From the NCBI GenBank assembly GCA_963706595.1, contig OY970166.1, positions 416,001 to 480,000 of the forward strand: a stretch of 64,000 nt of DNA, given 5' to 3'. The number at the start of each line of letters is the position of its first letter. The first letter of the stretch is position 1. The notes below the pieces were generated by a model. It was not told the origin of the DNA, ran no database searches, and worked only from the letters and a program-made list of their open reading frames with translations. This document shows positions 30,850-40,411 of this stretch, piece by piece. Origin of the DNA: an uncultured cyanobacterium (lineage in GTDB: Bacteria > Cyanobacteriota > Cyanobacteriia > Cyanobacteriales > Nostocaceae). The position numbers were made by a program, and so were the translations under genes.

Positions 30850-32454
30850 ATGGGCAAAAAACTAAGCTGGATAGTTTGGGGGTTGAGTGCTTCTTGTTTA
30901 AGTGCGCCTGTATTGGCTTCAGCTTTACAAAGTTCTTTAGGCACTAATGGTATTGATGCTCTGAGATTACACCAACCTCCTTATAATTTACTGGGACGCA
31001 AGATTGCTATTGGTCAGGTGGAAATGGGTCGTCCGGCGATGTTTGGGTGGGATAAAGCCGTATCTAAAAACCGTGCCATATCATTAGCTGCTGTGTTTAT
31101 GCGCGATGGTCCAGCTAAATCCAATACTGGTGTTGACTCCCACGCTTACAATGTTGCTGGTGTGATGGTTAGTCAAGACAAAGCTCTACCAGGAGTTGCG
31201 CCCAAGGCGCGATTGTATTCGTCTGCGGTGGGTTCTACCAAAAATATGGGACAGCCAGAAGAGTGTTTGACGGCACAACACATAGCTTTACAAAATGGTC
31301 ATGATGTCCGTGCGATTAATTTTAGCTTTGGTGAACCTCTGGGTCGTGATCCGCGTCCGAATCCTGTTTTAGACGGTAATGCTTTACTAACTTTATGTCT
31401 TGACTGGTCTAGTCGCGTTCATGATGTTTTGTATGTGATCGCGGGCAACCAAGGTAGGGGAGGTATTCCTATTCCTACAGACAATTATAACGGACTCAAC
31501 GTTGCTTTTTCATCCCCCAGAGGAGGTGTTTTTAATAAAGTTGACGTTGCTAATCTGGCGGCGACTAACCAGGGAGCTACGGCTCGGTTAGCTGGTAAGG
31601 AGTTTAATATTGATGGTCGTCCTTCCATCGGTTTGGTTGCACCGGGAAGTAATATTCCCATGCTGAATCCTGATGGTAAGTTGAATAAGGTGACAGGGAC
31701 AAGTTTTGCGGCTCCTCAAGTGACGGCGACTGTGGCCTTGTTGCAAGAGTTTGGGGACCGACAACTACAGAATCAACCACAAAATTGGAGTATTGATGCT
31801 CGCCGTCATCAAGTGACGAAGGCTGTATTGTTGAATTCCGCCGACAAGCTGCAAGATAGTGGTGATGGCTTGCGCCTGGGAATGACTCGGACGCTGATTG
31901 ATAAACAAAATCAAAACTGGCTGAAATCTGATGCTTATCAAGACCCCCAAATTCCTTTGGATGCTCAAATGGGAACGGGTCATTTAAATGCTTTTCGGGC
32001 TTATCAGCAATTGAGCGCTGGTCAATGGCGACCATCAACTACAGTCCCTGCTATTGGTTGGGATTATGGCACAGTGAATGTGGGATCTACTGTGGACTAT
32101 GCTTTAGATAAACCTTTAAAACAAGGAAGTTATGCGAGTATTACTTTGAGTTGGAATCGGTTGGTTGAGCTAAATGATGCTAATAAAAACCAACTATATG
32201 ATGTGAGTGAAACTTTTAGCGATCGCGGATTGAATAACCTCGATTTATACTTAATGAAGACAGACGCTCAAAATTCCGATGCTGGTGTTGCTTGTGCCTC
32301 ATTCAGTGACATTGACAGTGTAGAGCATATATTCTGTCCCGTTCCGGCTTCTGGCAATTATAAAATCCGTGTCCAATTTCGCCAACAGGTCAACGAAGCC
32401 ACTCAGCCTTATGCTTTAGCTTGGTGGAGTGTAGCCACATCTGCCTCACATTAA
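30850..32454 (+). CDS. S8 family (subtilisin-like) serine peptidase
   Basis: Signal peptide, H in SHAYNVAG, AGNQG, GTSFAAP, C-terminal PPC-like domain. Confidence 0.88.
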   Translation: MGKKLSWIVWGLSASCLSAPVLASALQSSLGTNGIDALRLHQPPYNLLGRKIAIGQVEMGRPAMFGWDKAVSKNRAISLAAVFMRDGPAKSNTGVDSHAYNVAGVMVSQDKALPGVAPKARLYSSAVGSTKNMGQPEECLTAQHIALQNGHDVRAINFSFGEPLGRDPRPNPVLDGNALLTLCLDWSSRVHDVLYVIAGNQGRGGIPIPTDNYNGLNVAFSSPRGGVFNKVDVANLAATNQGATARLAGKEFNIDGRPSIGLVAPGSNIPMLNPDGKLNKVTGTSFAAPQVTATVALLQEFGDRQLQNQPQNWSIDARRHQVTKAVLLNSADKLQDSGDGLRLGMTRTLIDKQNQNWLKSDAYQDPQIPLDAQMGTGHLNAFRAYQQLSAGQWRPSTTVPAIGWDYGTVNVGSTVDYALDKPLKQGSYASITLSWNRLVELNDANKNQLYDVSETFSDRGLNNLDLYLMKTDAQNSDAGVACASFSDIDSVEHIFCPVPASGNYKIRVQFRQQVNEATQPYALAWWSVATSASH

Positions 32455-32471
32455 AATGGGACTAATGTCAG

Positions 32472-32572
32472 TAGTGGACTGACACAGCTAATTTTGTGCA
32501 TGATTGCGGGATTCTAGGCAGCCCAGCACTGGGAACATCTTTATGTACTATTTTAGTCTGGTCAGACTACTA
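32472..32572. mobile_element. MITE related to IS630-type ends
   Basis: AGTGGACTGAC.AGCTAA...TGTGCA and TGTACTATTTTAGTCTGGTCAGACTACTA, similar to the ends at 56212-57830. Confidence 0.55.
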
Positions 32573-32760
32573 CTGACTACCGGGTAAGGTTTGGCGTGAT
32601 GAGATCATTTGTGTCTACAGGGTAGCTCTGACACAAGCAGAGTACAGTTTTAATGGCTACTAAGCACAGTGCATTATTTATAACTAAGGTCAGTTCATAA
32701 ACTGTCACGAAGAAAATGTTCGATTTTATCCTAGAGGAGCTACTATTGATATAGTGCAAG

Positions 32761-32918
32761 GAGTGTCTACCACTTCATACACTGTTTGTTACAAGTAATT
32801 CTGGCAATGCTGATCGTCAAAAAATCTTGCCGTTTTCCAATGTGGCATCAAACAAGTGAAGTGGTATATACTTTTACAAGAAAGTACTTGAGCAATTCAA
32901 ATTCTCAAGTGCTTTTTT
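32761..32918 (+). ncRNA. Putative structured small RNA with terminator
   Basis: Closing stem 32761-32777 / 32857-32873 with inner stems, then hairpin AAGTACTTGAG / CTCAAGTGCTT and a T run. TATAGT -10 just upstream. Confidence 0.55.
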
Positions 32919-33049
32919 GTGTATAAAAACTCAAATAAAAACATTTGTTATTGTTTGTAGGTGGCTTTTATATCCACTGTTTCAACGCAAACCAAGTATT
33001 GCGAAAAAACCCATTTGACCGGGAATAATGGGATACAAGCCCCGTCCTT

Positions 33050-33448
33050 CTAGGACGGCTTTTCTTGATTTCTGATATATTCTTTCAAAACATCTAATGG
33101 CGCACCTCCAACAGATACAGCGAAATAACTGGGACTCCACAAAGATTCCTTATGGGGCTTTTTGTATCCAGCTTGCCCATATCGACGACTAGAAACACCT
33201 TTCAAGATATTAACAATTTGGGAAATGGACAACTTAGGAGGATATTCAATAAGTGCGTGAACATGATTATTCTCGCCATTGAATTCAATTATTTCAAAAT
33301 CCATTTTTCTGGCTACTTCTCTAAAGGTTTTATCAACCAGTTCAAGGCTCTCCTTTGTGAATACAGACCTGCGGTATTTGGTAACGCAGACCAAATGAAT
33401 TTTTAAGTCTGTAACACTATGTCTCTGTTTGCGAAACTGGCTTGTCAT
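33050..33448 (-). CDS. tnpA: IS200-type Y1 transposase
   Basis: HLVCVTKYRR, HVH (HUH), WSPSYF, YIRNQ. Confidence 0.95.
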   Translation of the reverse strand: MTSQFRKQRHSVTDLKIHLVCVTKYRRSVFTKESLELVDKTFREVARKMDFEIIEFNGENNHVHALIEYPPKLSISQIVNILKGVSSRRYGQAGYKKPHKESLWSPSYFAVSVGGAPLDVLKEYIRNQEKPS

Positions 33449-33493
33449 TTTCTGTAGACCAATGTATAGTTTTAATTACAGACCAATTATACA

Positions 33494-34717
33494 TTGTCGA
33501 TGAAAGCTAGGTATCAATTTCGTTTCTACCCAACAGACCAGCAGCAACAGCTTTTAGCTCAATTGTTTGGCTGTGTGCGAGTAGTTTGGAATGATGCACT
33601 CGCTATTTGCAAGCAATCTGTTAGCGTAGCGGGCGAGGGTACCCGCTCGACGAAACTGCCAAGTAATAATGACTTGCAAAAGTTAGTGATTACACAAGCT
33701 AAAAAGACTGATGAGCGTTCATGGTTGTCTGATGTTTCCAATATTCCATTGCAACAATCTGTTGCTGATTTAGGAGTTGCCTATAAAAACTTTTTTGATT
33801 CTCTCAAGGGTAAGCGAAAAGGTAAGAAGGTAAATAGTCCTAAGTTTAAGAGAAAGACTTCTCGACAATCAGCACGGTTTAGAATCGGCGGATTTTCAAT
33901 CAAAGGAGATGAGGTATATCTAGCTAAAATAGGCAATGTTAAGCCCATTTGGTCTAGAGGTTTACCGTCATCTCCGTCAAGTGTAACGGTCATCAAAGAC
34001 TGTGCTAATCGTTATTCCCTCAGCTTTGTTGTGGAAATTGAACCTATCCAAATTGATGCGAAAAACCAAAGCATCGGTATTGATATGGGGTTAAAAACTT
34101 TTGCTGTAATGAGTAATGGTGATCAAGCTATTAGTCCTAATTACTCAATATTAGCTCAACGAATTCGGCGAAAACAGCGCCAACTGGCTCGACAGCAGAA
34201 GGAATCAAAGCGTAGAGATAAAACACGTCTTCAAATTGCTAAACTGCATAACCAAATCGCAGATACTCGGAAAGACTTTCTGCACAAACTATCAACTAAA
34301 GTAGTTAGCGAAAACCAAGTAATTGTTTTAGAAGATTTGAATGTCTCCGGCATGGTCAAAAATCGTAAACTAGCAAGAGCAATTAGTTTGCAGGGATGGC
34401 GAGAATTCCGGGTATTTTGCGAGGCTAAATCTGAAAAACTTCATCGTGATTTCAGAGTCATTAGCCGATGGGAACCCACAAGCCAAGTTTGTTCCTGTTG
34501 TGGGTATAGGTGGGGCAAGGTGGATCTTTCTATTCGTTCAGTGCTGTGTCTAAATTGCAATACTGAACACGACAGAGATCAAAATGCTTCTAAGAATATA
34601 GAAATGGTCGGCATGGGGCATCGGCACGACCTTAAACGGACGAGGAGCGACTGTCAGACTACCCCGGTAGCTAGTTGCAGTGAGTCGTCAAGAATCACCG
34701 ACGTTCTACGTCGGTGA
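33494..34717 (+). CDS. tnpB: RNA-guided endonuclease TnpB
   Basis: RuvC residues GIDMG, LEDLNV and DRDQNA intact; Zn finger CSCC...CLNC. Confidence 0.95.
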   Translation: MSMKARYQFRFYPTDQQQQLLAQLFGCVRVVWNDALAICKQSVSVAGEGTRSTKLPSNNDLQKLVITQAKKTDERSWLSDVSNIPLQQSVADLGVAYKNFFDSLKGKRKGKKVNSPKFKRKTSRQSARFRIGGFSIKGDEVYLAKIGNVKPIWSRGLPSSPSSVTVIKDCANRYSLSFVVEIEPIQIDAKNQSIGIDMGLKTFAVMSNGDQAISPNYSILAQRIRRKQRQLARQQKESKRRDKTRLQIAKLHNQIADTRKDFLHKLSTKVVSENQVIVLEDLNVSGMVKNRKLARAISLQGWREFRVFCEAKSEKLHRDFRVISRWEPTSQVCSCCGYRWGKVDLSIRSVLCLNCNTEHDRDQNASKNIEMVGMGHRHDLKRTRSDCQTTPVASCSESSRITDVLRR

Positions 34718-34781
34718 GTATGTCAAATCCAATATCATTCCAACGTCAGCGTACTAATATATTTAAACTAATTTAAAAAAC

Positions 34782-35411
34782 ATGGGTGGCAAATTAATTG
34801 TATTTGAAGGGGTGGAAGGCTGCGGAAAAACTAGCCAAATGCAGCTTTGTTGTGAATGGTTGCAAAATTTAGGTGTCTCCGTGGTGATGACGCGTGAACC
34901 GGGGGGAACAGAGTTAGGCTTACATCTGCGCCGTCTTTTATTAGATAAGGTCGAAAATGAACCAATTGCTGAGGTGACAGAATTATTATTGTATGCTGCT
35001 GACCGGGCGCACCACGTGGAACAAGAACTTAAACCCAATTTAGCAGATGGAAAATATATATTGTGCGATCGCTACACTGATTCTACCACTGCCTACCAAG
35101 GTTACGGTCGGGGTTTGAACATGAACTTAATCGAACAACTCAATTATATTGCCACGGCTGGGTTAGAAAGCGACTTAACCATTTGGCTAGATGTGGATGT
35201 GGAAGTGGGACTAGCCAGAAAACAAGGCGATGGAGTAGGATTTGACCGCATTGAGCAAGAAACAATCGCTTTTCATCGGCGTGTTCAGCAAGGTTACTCA
35301 GAGTTAGCCACATCTTACCCATCTCGAATTGTGCGGGTAGATGGTAGCTTCACTCAAGCAGCAGTGCAAGAAATTATTCAGGAAATTCTGCGGGAAAAGT
35401 TGGAATTATGA
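34782..35411 (+). CDS. tmk: Thymidylate (dTMP) kinase
   Basis: FEGVEGCGKT, TREPGGT, CDRYTDS..AYQG. Confidence 0.97.
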   Translation: MGGKLIVFEGVEGCGKTSQMQLCCEWLQNLGVSVVMTREPGGTELGLHLRRLLLDKVENEPIAEVTELLLYAADRAHHVEQELKPNLADGKYILCDRYTDSTTAYQGYGRGLNMNLIEQLNYIATAGLESDLTIWLDVDVEVGLARKQGDGVGFDRIEQETIAFHRRVQQGYSELATSYPSRIVRVDGSFTQAAVQEIIQEILREKLEL

Positions 35412-35464
35412 GTTGATATCACGCACCAGGCGCAGAGGCGCACCAGAGGAAGAGGTGAGGAGAT

Positions 35465-36934
35465 TTAACAGCGCTGTAATTGTGTTAGTAAAACGACAAT
35501 TTCATCCATTGATTGGCGGATAACTCTCGCGGGTTGTTCAGAATAATTGACAATTATACTAAAAGCTAAGGGCTGATAATTAGGGGAATTTACATATCCT
35601 GAGAGGGAAACTACACCTGTCATCGTGCCTGTTTTTGCTTGGACAATTCCCTCCGCAGACGTATCACGCAAGCGATTTCTGAGAGTTCCACTTACACCCG
35701 CAACAGGTAAAGAAGCCCGAAAAAGTTGAGCTTGTGGTGATTTTGTCATGGCTTCTAAAGTTTGTACCAAAGCTTGGGGACTAATTAAGTTTTTGCGAGA
35801 TAACCCAGAAGCATCTACTAATATGTAACTCGTGGGATCTACTCCTAATTGAGTTAAAGTAGTCTTGACAACTTCTAAACCTGCATCAGCTGTAGTTTGA
35901 TGATTTTTTACTGGTTGTTTAATCGCTAAACTTCTCAATAAAGCTTCAGCATACAAATTATTACTATTAATATTTGTCTCTTTTAACAACTCAGATAAAG
36001 GCGGTGATTCAATTGCTGCAAGTTCTGTTTCATTTTTTTCACTAGCACCGTATGACATCTGACTCACAGAAATTCCTGATTTCACCAAAGTTTGGCGGAA
36101 GTGACGCAAGAAATTTTGAACGGGGTCAAAAACAGCTATGGCGGTAATATTAGGGGTGGAATTTACAGCCATCTGTCCTTGAATTTGCAGCACTGGCCCT
36201 TTTAAACCACGGCTAACTCCAACAAAACCCGATTCATCTTTTTGAGTAGTTACAGAATTATTTTCCACTAGCCACTGATAGGCTTCCACCGGTTCATTCC
36301 ATGTCAGTTGTAATGGTTTTCCTATAGTTTGGGGGGAAACTGTAAATAGAGAAGCATTTTCATTGACAATTAAACTGTTAACTGGTGCGCCATAATAAGC
36401 GGCTAAGTCTTCCCATTCCCAACTGGGATGAACAATATCTCCTTGAAAATAACTATCATCCGCAATTAACTGGTTAATTTGCGTAATTCCTTGTTGCTGT
36501 AATTGCTGGGCTAATTCTTGCAGTTGTGGTACTTTTAAACTGGGGTCTCCCCTACCGACTACCCGCAAAACACCATCACCATCTTGATAAACAGAAGTAC
36601 GAATGCGAAAATCTGCACCCAATTGTTGTAAAGCTGCGGCTGTTGTCAATAATTTGGTGTTAGAAGCTGGATTAAAGTATTTTTCAGCATCTCTATCATA
36701 AAGAGTTTGTTCATCAGCCAGATTTTTGACTAAAATCCCCCAACGCATCCGACTAAATTCCGGACTATTTGTGATGCTGTCCACTGCTGACTTGAGTTGG
36801 GCGGGACAAATTGTTTTTGTGGTGGTTGTCGGTGTGACTGGTGTTTGTATTTGTGCTTTGGCTGTTTGTTGAGTGACCGCAATTTGAGTACTCAGAAATA
36901 GCGACAATAAGCCAATGGTAATTTTTTTAGACAT
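35465..36934 (-). CDS. dacB: D-Ala-D-Ala carboxypeptidase/endopeptidase (PBP4, S13)
   Basis: PASNTK, SNN and AKTGT motifs; signal peptide. Confidence 0.93.
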   Translation of the reverse strand: MSKKITIGLLSLFLSTQIAVTQQTAKAQIQTPVTPTTTTKTICPAQLKSAVDSITNSPEFSRMRWGILVKNLADEQTLYDRDAEKYFNPASNTKLLTTAAALQQLGADFRIRTSVYQDGDGVLRVVGRGDPSLKVPQLQELAQQLQQQGITQINQLIADDSYFQGDIVHPSWEWEDLAAYYGAPVNSLIVNENASLFTVSPQTIGKPLQLTWNEPVEAYQWLVENNSVTTQKDESGFVGVSRGLKGPVLQIQGQMAVNSTPNITAIAVFDPVQNFLRHFRQTLVKSGISVSQMSYGASEKNETELAAIESPPLSELLKETNINSNNLYAEALLRSLAIKQPVKNHQTTADAGLEVVKTTLTQLGVDPTSYILVDASGLSRKNLISPQALVQTLEAMTKSPQAQLFRASLPVAGVSGTLRNRLRDTSAEGIVQAKTGTMTGVVSLSGYVNSPNYQPLAFSIIVNYSEQPARVIRQSMDEIVVLLTQLQRC

Positions 36935-37202
36935 TAATTTAATTCGTAATTCGTAATATGATGTCAGGTTAATTAGTGGCGATTACTATAATCATTGAAC
37001 CCCACCCCCAACCCCTCCCCGCAAGCGAGGAGGGGAGTAAAGTACAGGTTTCGCAGGTCTCCGGGTTTAATAAATTGTAATTTTTTCCTATGACAAAAAA
37101 GTAGAATATTTGTTCCTATGCTGATATCTTTATAGATAGATCCCCGACTTCTCTAAGAAGTCGGGGATCTGAACCTCTGCTCAATTATTTTCTGGAAATC
37201 CC

Positions 37203-39107
37203 CTACAACTTAGTTCCACACTCAGAACAGAAGTTGTGTGTAGGAGGGTTTGTTGTCCCGCAATGGCTGCAAGAAACTGGTTCGACTACGGCTTTTGGTG
37301 GCTGTATCGGCAAACCAATCATTTGAGCATTGCTTTTGCCTGGGGCTACCATTGGGTAACAGTTTTCGTCTTTGGTGACTCGGACATCAACCACAACTGG
37401 TCCATTATGTGCTAGCATTTCGGCGATCGCACCTTGTAATTCCTCACGAGTCCGAACTACCATGCCCTTAATGCCGTAGGCTTTTGTCAAATGCTCAATG
37501 TCTGGCATCCCTACTTCCATATTTGAGGATGAATAACGCTCACCATAAAAGGCTTGTTGCCACTGGCGCACCATTCCCTGCCAGCCGTTATTCATAATTA
37601 CGGTCTTGACATTAATGCCATATTGTGCAAGCGTTCCCAATTCTTGCAAACACATCTGGAAACTAGCATCACCACTGATACAGATAACTTCCTCATCAGG
37701 GAAGGCTACTTTTGCACCCATCGCCGCCGGGACACCAAAACCCATTGTTCCTAAACCAGCACTAGAAATCCAGCGTCTGGGTCCATTTTTCAGGAATTGT
37801 GCCGCCCACATTTGATGTTGACCCACGTCTGTAGTGTAAAAAGCGTGGGGGGCTTGGCGACCAACTTCCACAATTACCTCTTGGGGTGAAATGCTGTCAG
37901 CATAGTGAGGCACTTCTAAGGGGTAGTCTTGTCGCCAACGGTTAATTAAATGCAACCACTCTTGATTTTTGTGTGGGATGTTTTTAATGCCTGTTTCCTG
38001 ACAGCGACGCAACAAGTCAACTAACACCTGACGCACATCACCAACGATGGGAACTTCAGGAACTCGGTTTTTACCAACTTCTGCGGGGTCGATGTCGATG
38101 TGAATTACTTTAGCATGAGAAGCGAATTCATCTAATTTACCAGTTACGCGATCGTCAAATCTCGCCCCAACGCAGATTAATAAATCGCAATCTGTCACCG
38201 CAAAGTTAGCGTAAGCAGTACCGTGCATTCCCAACATTCCTACAGACAGGGGATGATGTTCGTCGAATGCACCGATACCCATTAAGGTTGTGGTGACGGG
38301 GATATTAAATAACTCAGCTAGTTCTTTAACTTCTGCGTGGGCGTTAGATGCGATCGCCCCACCACCGACATACAATAAAGGACGGCTACTGTTACGAATT
38401 AACTTCATTGCGGCGTTGATTTGCCGAGGATTTCCCTTAACAGTGGGACGATAACCCCTTAATTTCACACTTCCCGGTGCAACCGGTACATAGTCACATT
38501 CTTCTAAAGCCACATCTTTAGGCACATCAATCAAAACTGGCCCTGGTCGTCCAGTGCTGGCAATGTGGAAAGCTTCAGCCACAATGCGCGCCATGTCTTT
38601 GGGGTCGCGCACTACATAAGAGTGTTTGACTATTGGTAGGGTAATTCCGTAAATATCGGTTTCTTGAAACGCATCCGTACCAATCGAAGCCCGTGGCACT
38701 TGTCCTGTCACCACAATCATGGGAATTGAGTCCATGTAGGCTGTAGCGATGCCTGTGACTAAATTCGTTGCCCCAGGGCCGGAAGTGCCAAAGCACACTC
38801 CTACCTTGCCAGTAGCACGAGCATAGCCATCGGCGGCGTGAGCTGCGCCTTGTTCGTGCCGGACTAAAATGTGTTTAATAGCACCAGTTGATTCTACCTT
38901 GTAGAGGTCATCGTAAATTGGCAGGATTGCCCCACCAGGATAACCAAAAATATATTCAACTTCATGGCGTACAAGACTGTCAAGCAGGGCAAAACCACCA
39001 GTTTCACGCTTGGGCGCGACGACTGGCGATTGAGTGACACCAGACTGATTGTGATTCTCGGTATGTGGGGGACTAGTTATGGATGGCAAGCGCACGGTCA
39101 CGGTCAA
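37203..39107 (-). CDS. ilvB: Acetolactate synthase large subunit, with C-terminal Zn ribbon
   Basis: [33 protein letters not shown] motif. Confidence 0.97.
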   Translation of the reverse strand: MTVTVRLPSITSPPHTENHNQSGVTQSPVVAPKRETGGFALLDSLVRHEVEYIFGYPGGAILPIYDDLYKVESTGAIKHILVRHEQGAAHAADGYARATGKVGVCFGTSGPGATNLVTGIATAYMDSIPMIVVTGQVPRASIGTDAFQETDIYGITLPIVKHSYVVRDPKDMARIVAEAFHIASTGRPGPVLIDVPKDVALEECDYVPVAPGSVKLRGYRPTVKGNPRQINAAMKLIRNSSRPLLYVGGGAIASNAHAEVKELAELFNIPVTTTLMGIGAFDEHHPLSVGMLGMHGTAYANFAVTDCDLLICVGARFDDRVTGKLDEFASHAKVIHIDIDPAEVGKNRVPEVPIVGDVRQVLVDLLRRCQETGIKNIPHKNQEWLHLINRWRQDYPLEVPHYADSISPQEVIVEVGRQAPHAFYTTDVGQHQMWAAQFLKNGPRRWISSAGLGTMGFGVPAAMGAKVAFPDEEVICISGDASFQMCLQELGTLAQYGINVKTVIMNNGWQGMVRQWQQAFYGERYSSSNMEVGMPDIEHLTKAYGIKGMVVRTREELQGAIAEMLAHNGPVVVDVRVTKDENCYPMVAPGKSNAQMIGLPIQPPKAVVEPVSCSHCGTTNPPTHNFCSECGTKL

Positions 39108-39261
39108 ACCTCAGACGATAGCTAAGTTAACGCGTCAATTCTGTATTTAGTATTCCATTTTAATGGAAAAATTGAATTTAATTCCGCTATTAAAATATAA
39201 AGTTTGACATAAACAAAGAATTGCTGTGATTTCGCAATGCAATTGCCTAAGAAAACCAAGT

Positions 39262-39355
39262 TACAGCACTTTTCATGTATTTGAAGCACATCTGTCGTAG
39301 GGGCGCAAGGCCTTGCGCCCCTACAGCGTGGTCTATTTGCCTGAAAATAGCTGTA
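39262..39355. mobile_element. MITE (TACAGC..GCTGTA family)
   Basis: Same ends as 21948-22102; internal GTAGGGGCGCAAGG-CCTTGCGCCCCTAC palindrome. Confidence 0.7.
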
Positions 39356-39380
39356 ATCCAATCATAGCTAATTATCATCC

Positions 39381-40241
39381 ATGTCTTTCGACAATCTTTG
39401 CAAGCTGCTATCAGAAAAACATCCTGAAACATTTGCCAGTTGGGTATTAGGGACACCGCAAACAGGTGCTACAGCCCTGAAAACCGAATTGAGTATTGAA
39501 CCCATCCGCGCCGATTACGTCACCTTTTTACAACTAGAAGGCAGGATTTTACACTTAGAATTTCAAACCAAATTAGAATCCACACCACCCCTACCTCTGC
39601 GAATGTTAGATTATTGGGTGCGGTTGTATCGGTTGTATCGTTTACCAATCACACAAGTGGTAGTTTTACTACTCCCACCCAAAGATGACATTGAAATTGC
39701 TACAGCCTTTACAGTGGAAAACACTAGACACGAATATCGGGTAATTAAGATGTGGGAGGAAAACCCCGAACCGTTTCTCCAGGATTCAGCATTATTACCT
39801 CTAGCATCGTTAACAGCCACCAATCAACCCCCAGTCTTGCTAGAACAAATTGTGCAGCGAGTCAACCAAGTGGAGACAACACAACGACCGGAAATTTCCG
39901 CTTACACCCAAATCTTGGCAGGGTTAAAATTTAAGAAGGATTTAATTAGAAGATTATTTCGGGAGGGTATGATGCGCGAGTCAGTAATTTACCAAGAAAT
40001 TCTCGAAGAAGGCGAACAGCGAGGGGAACAACGAGGACGACAAGAAGGGCGACAAGAAGGGCGACAAGAAGGGGAACGAAGTCTGGTTTTGCGTCTACTC
40101 ACTCGCAAAGTAGGAGAATTACCCCCAGGGATGCGTGAACAATTGGAAACTCTGTCGTTGGAACAATTAGAAAATCTGGGTGAGGCTTTATTGGACTTTA
40201 ACACTTTGTTGGATTTGGAGGCATGGTTAACCAATAAGTAG
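39381..40241 (+). CDS. Rpn family / DUF4351 PD-(D/E)XK protein, copy 1
   Basis: IRAD...ILHLEFQT, MRESVIYQEI, EGRQ repeats, LENLGEALLDF...LEAWL tail. Confidence 0.9.
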   Translation: MSFDNLCKLLSEKHPETFASWVLGTPQTGATALKTELSIEPIRADYVTFLQLEGRILHLEFQTKLESTPPLPLRMLDYWVRLYRLYRLPITQVVVLLLPPKDDIEIATAFTVENTRHEYRVIKMWEENPEPFLQDSALLPLASLTATNQPPVLLEQIVQRVNQVETTQRPEISAYTQILAGLKFKKDLIRRLFREGMMRESVIYQEILEEGEQRGEQRGRQEGRQEGRQEGERSLVLRLLTRKVGELPPGMREQLETLSLEQLENLGEALLDFNTLLDLEAWLTNK

Positions 40242-40411
40242 AAATCCAACCCCAGGAGAAGCAAGGATTCTTGGGGTTCAAACAGTAATTGAGCATAAAA
40301 TTTTGTATAAAGGACGACAATAAGGTTATAAAGCCAGCGCGCTGCTCCCTTGCTTATATATTAAAGATGTACCCAAAAAAGGTAAGATAAAGTAACTAAA
40401 ATGTACCTATC

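Larger units (their letters stand above)
33020..34726. mobile_element. IS200/IS605 family element (divergent tnpA and tnpB)
   Basis: Follows TTGAC. Left hairpin CCGTCCT-TCT-AGGACGG, right hairpin TCACCGACG-TTCTA-CGTCGGTGA, terminal TCAA. Confidence 0.9.
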
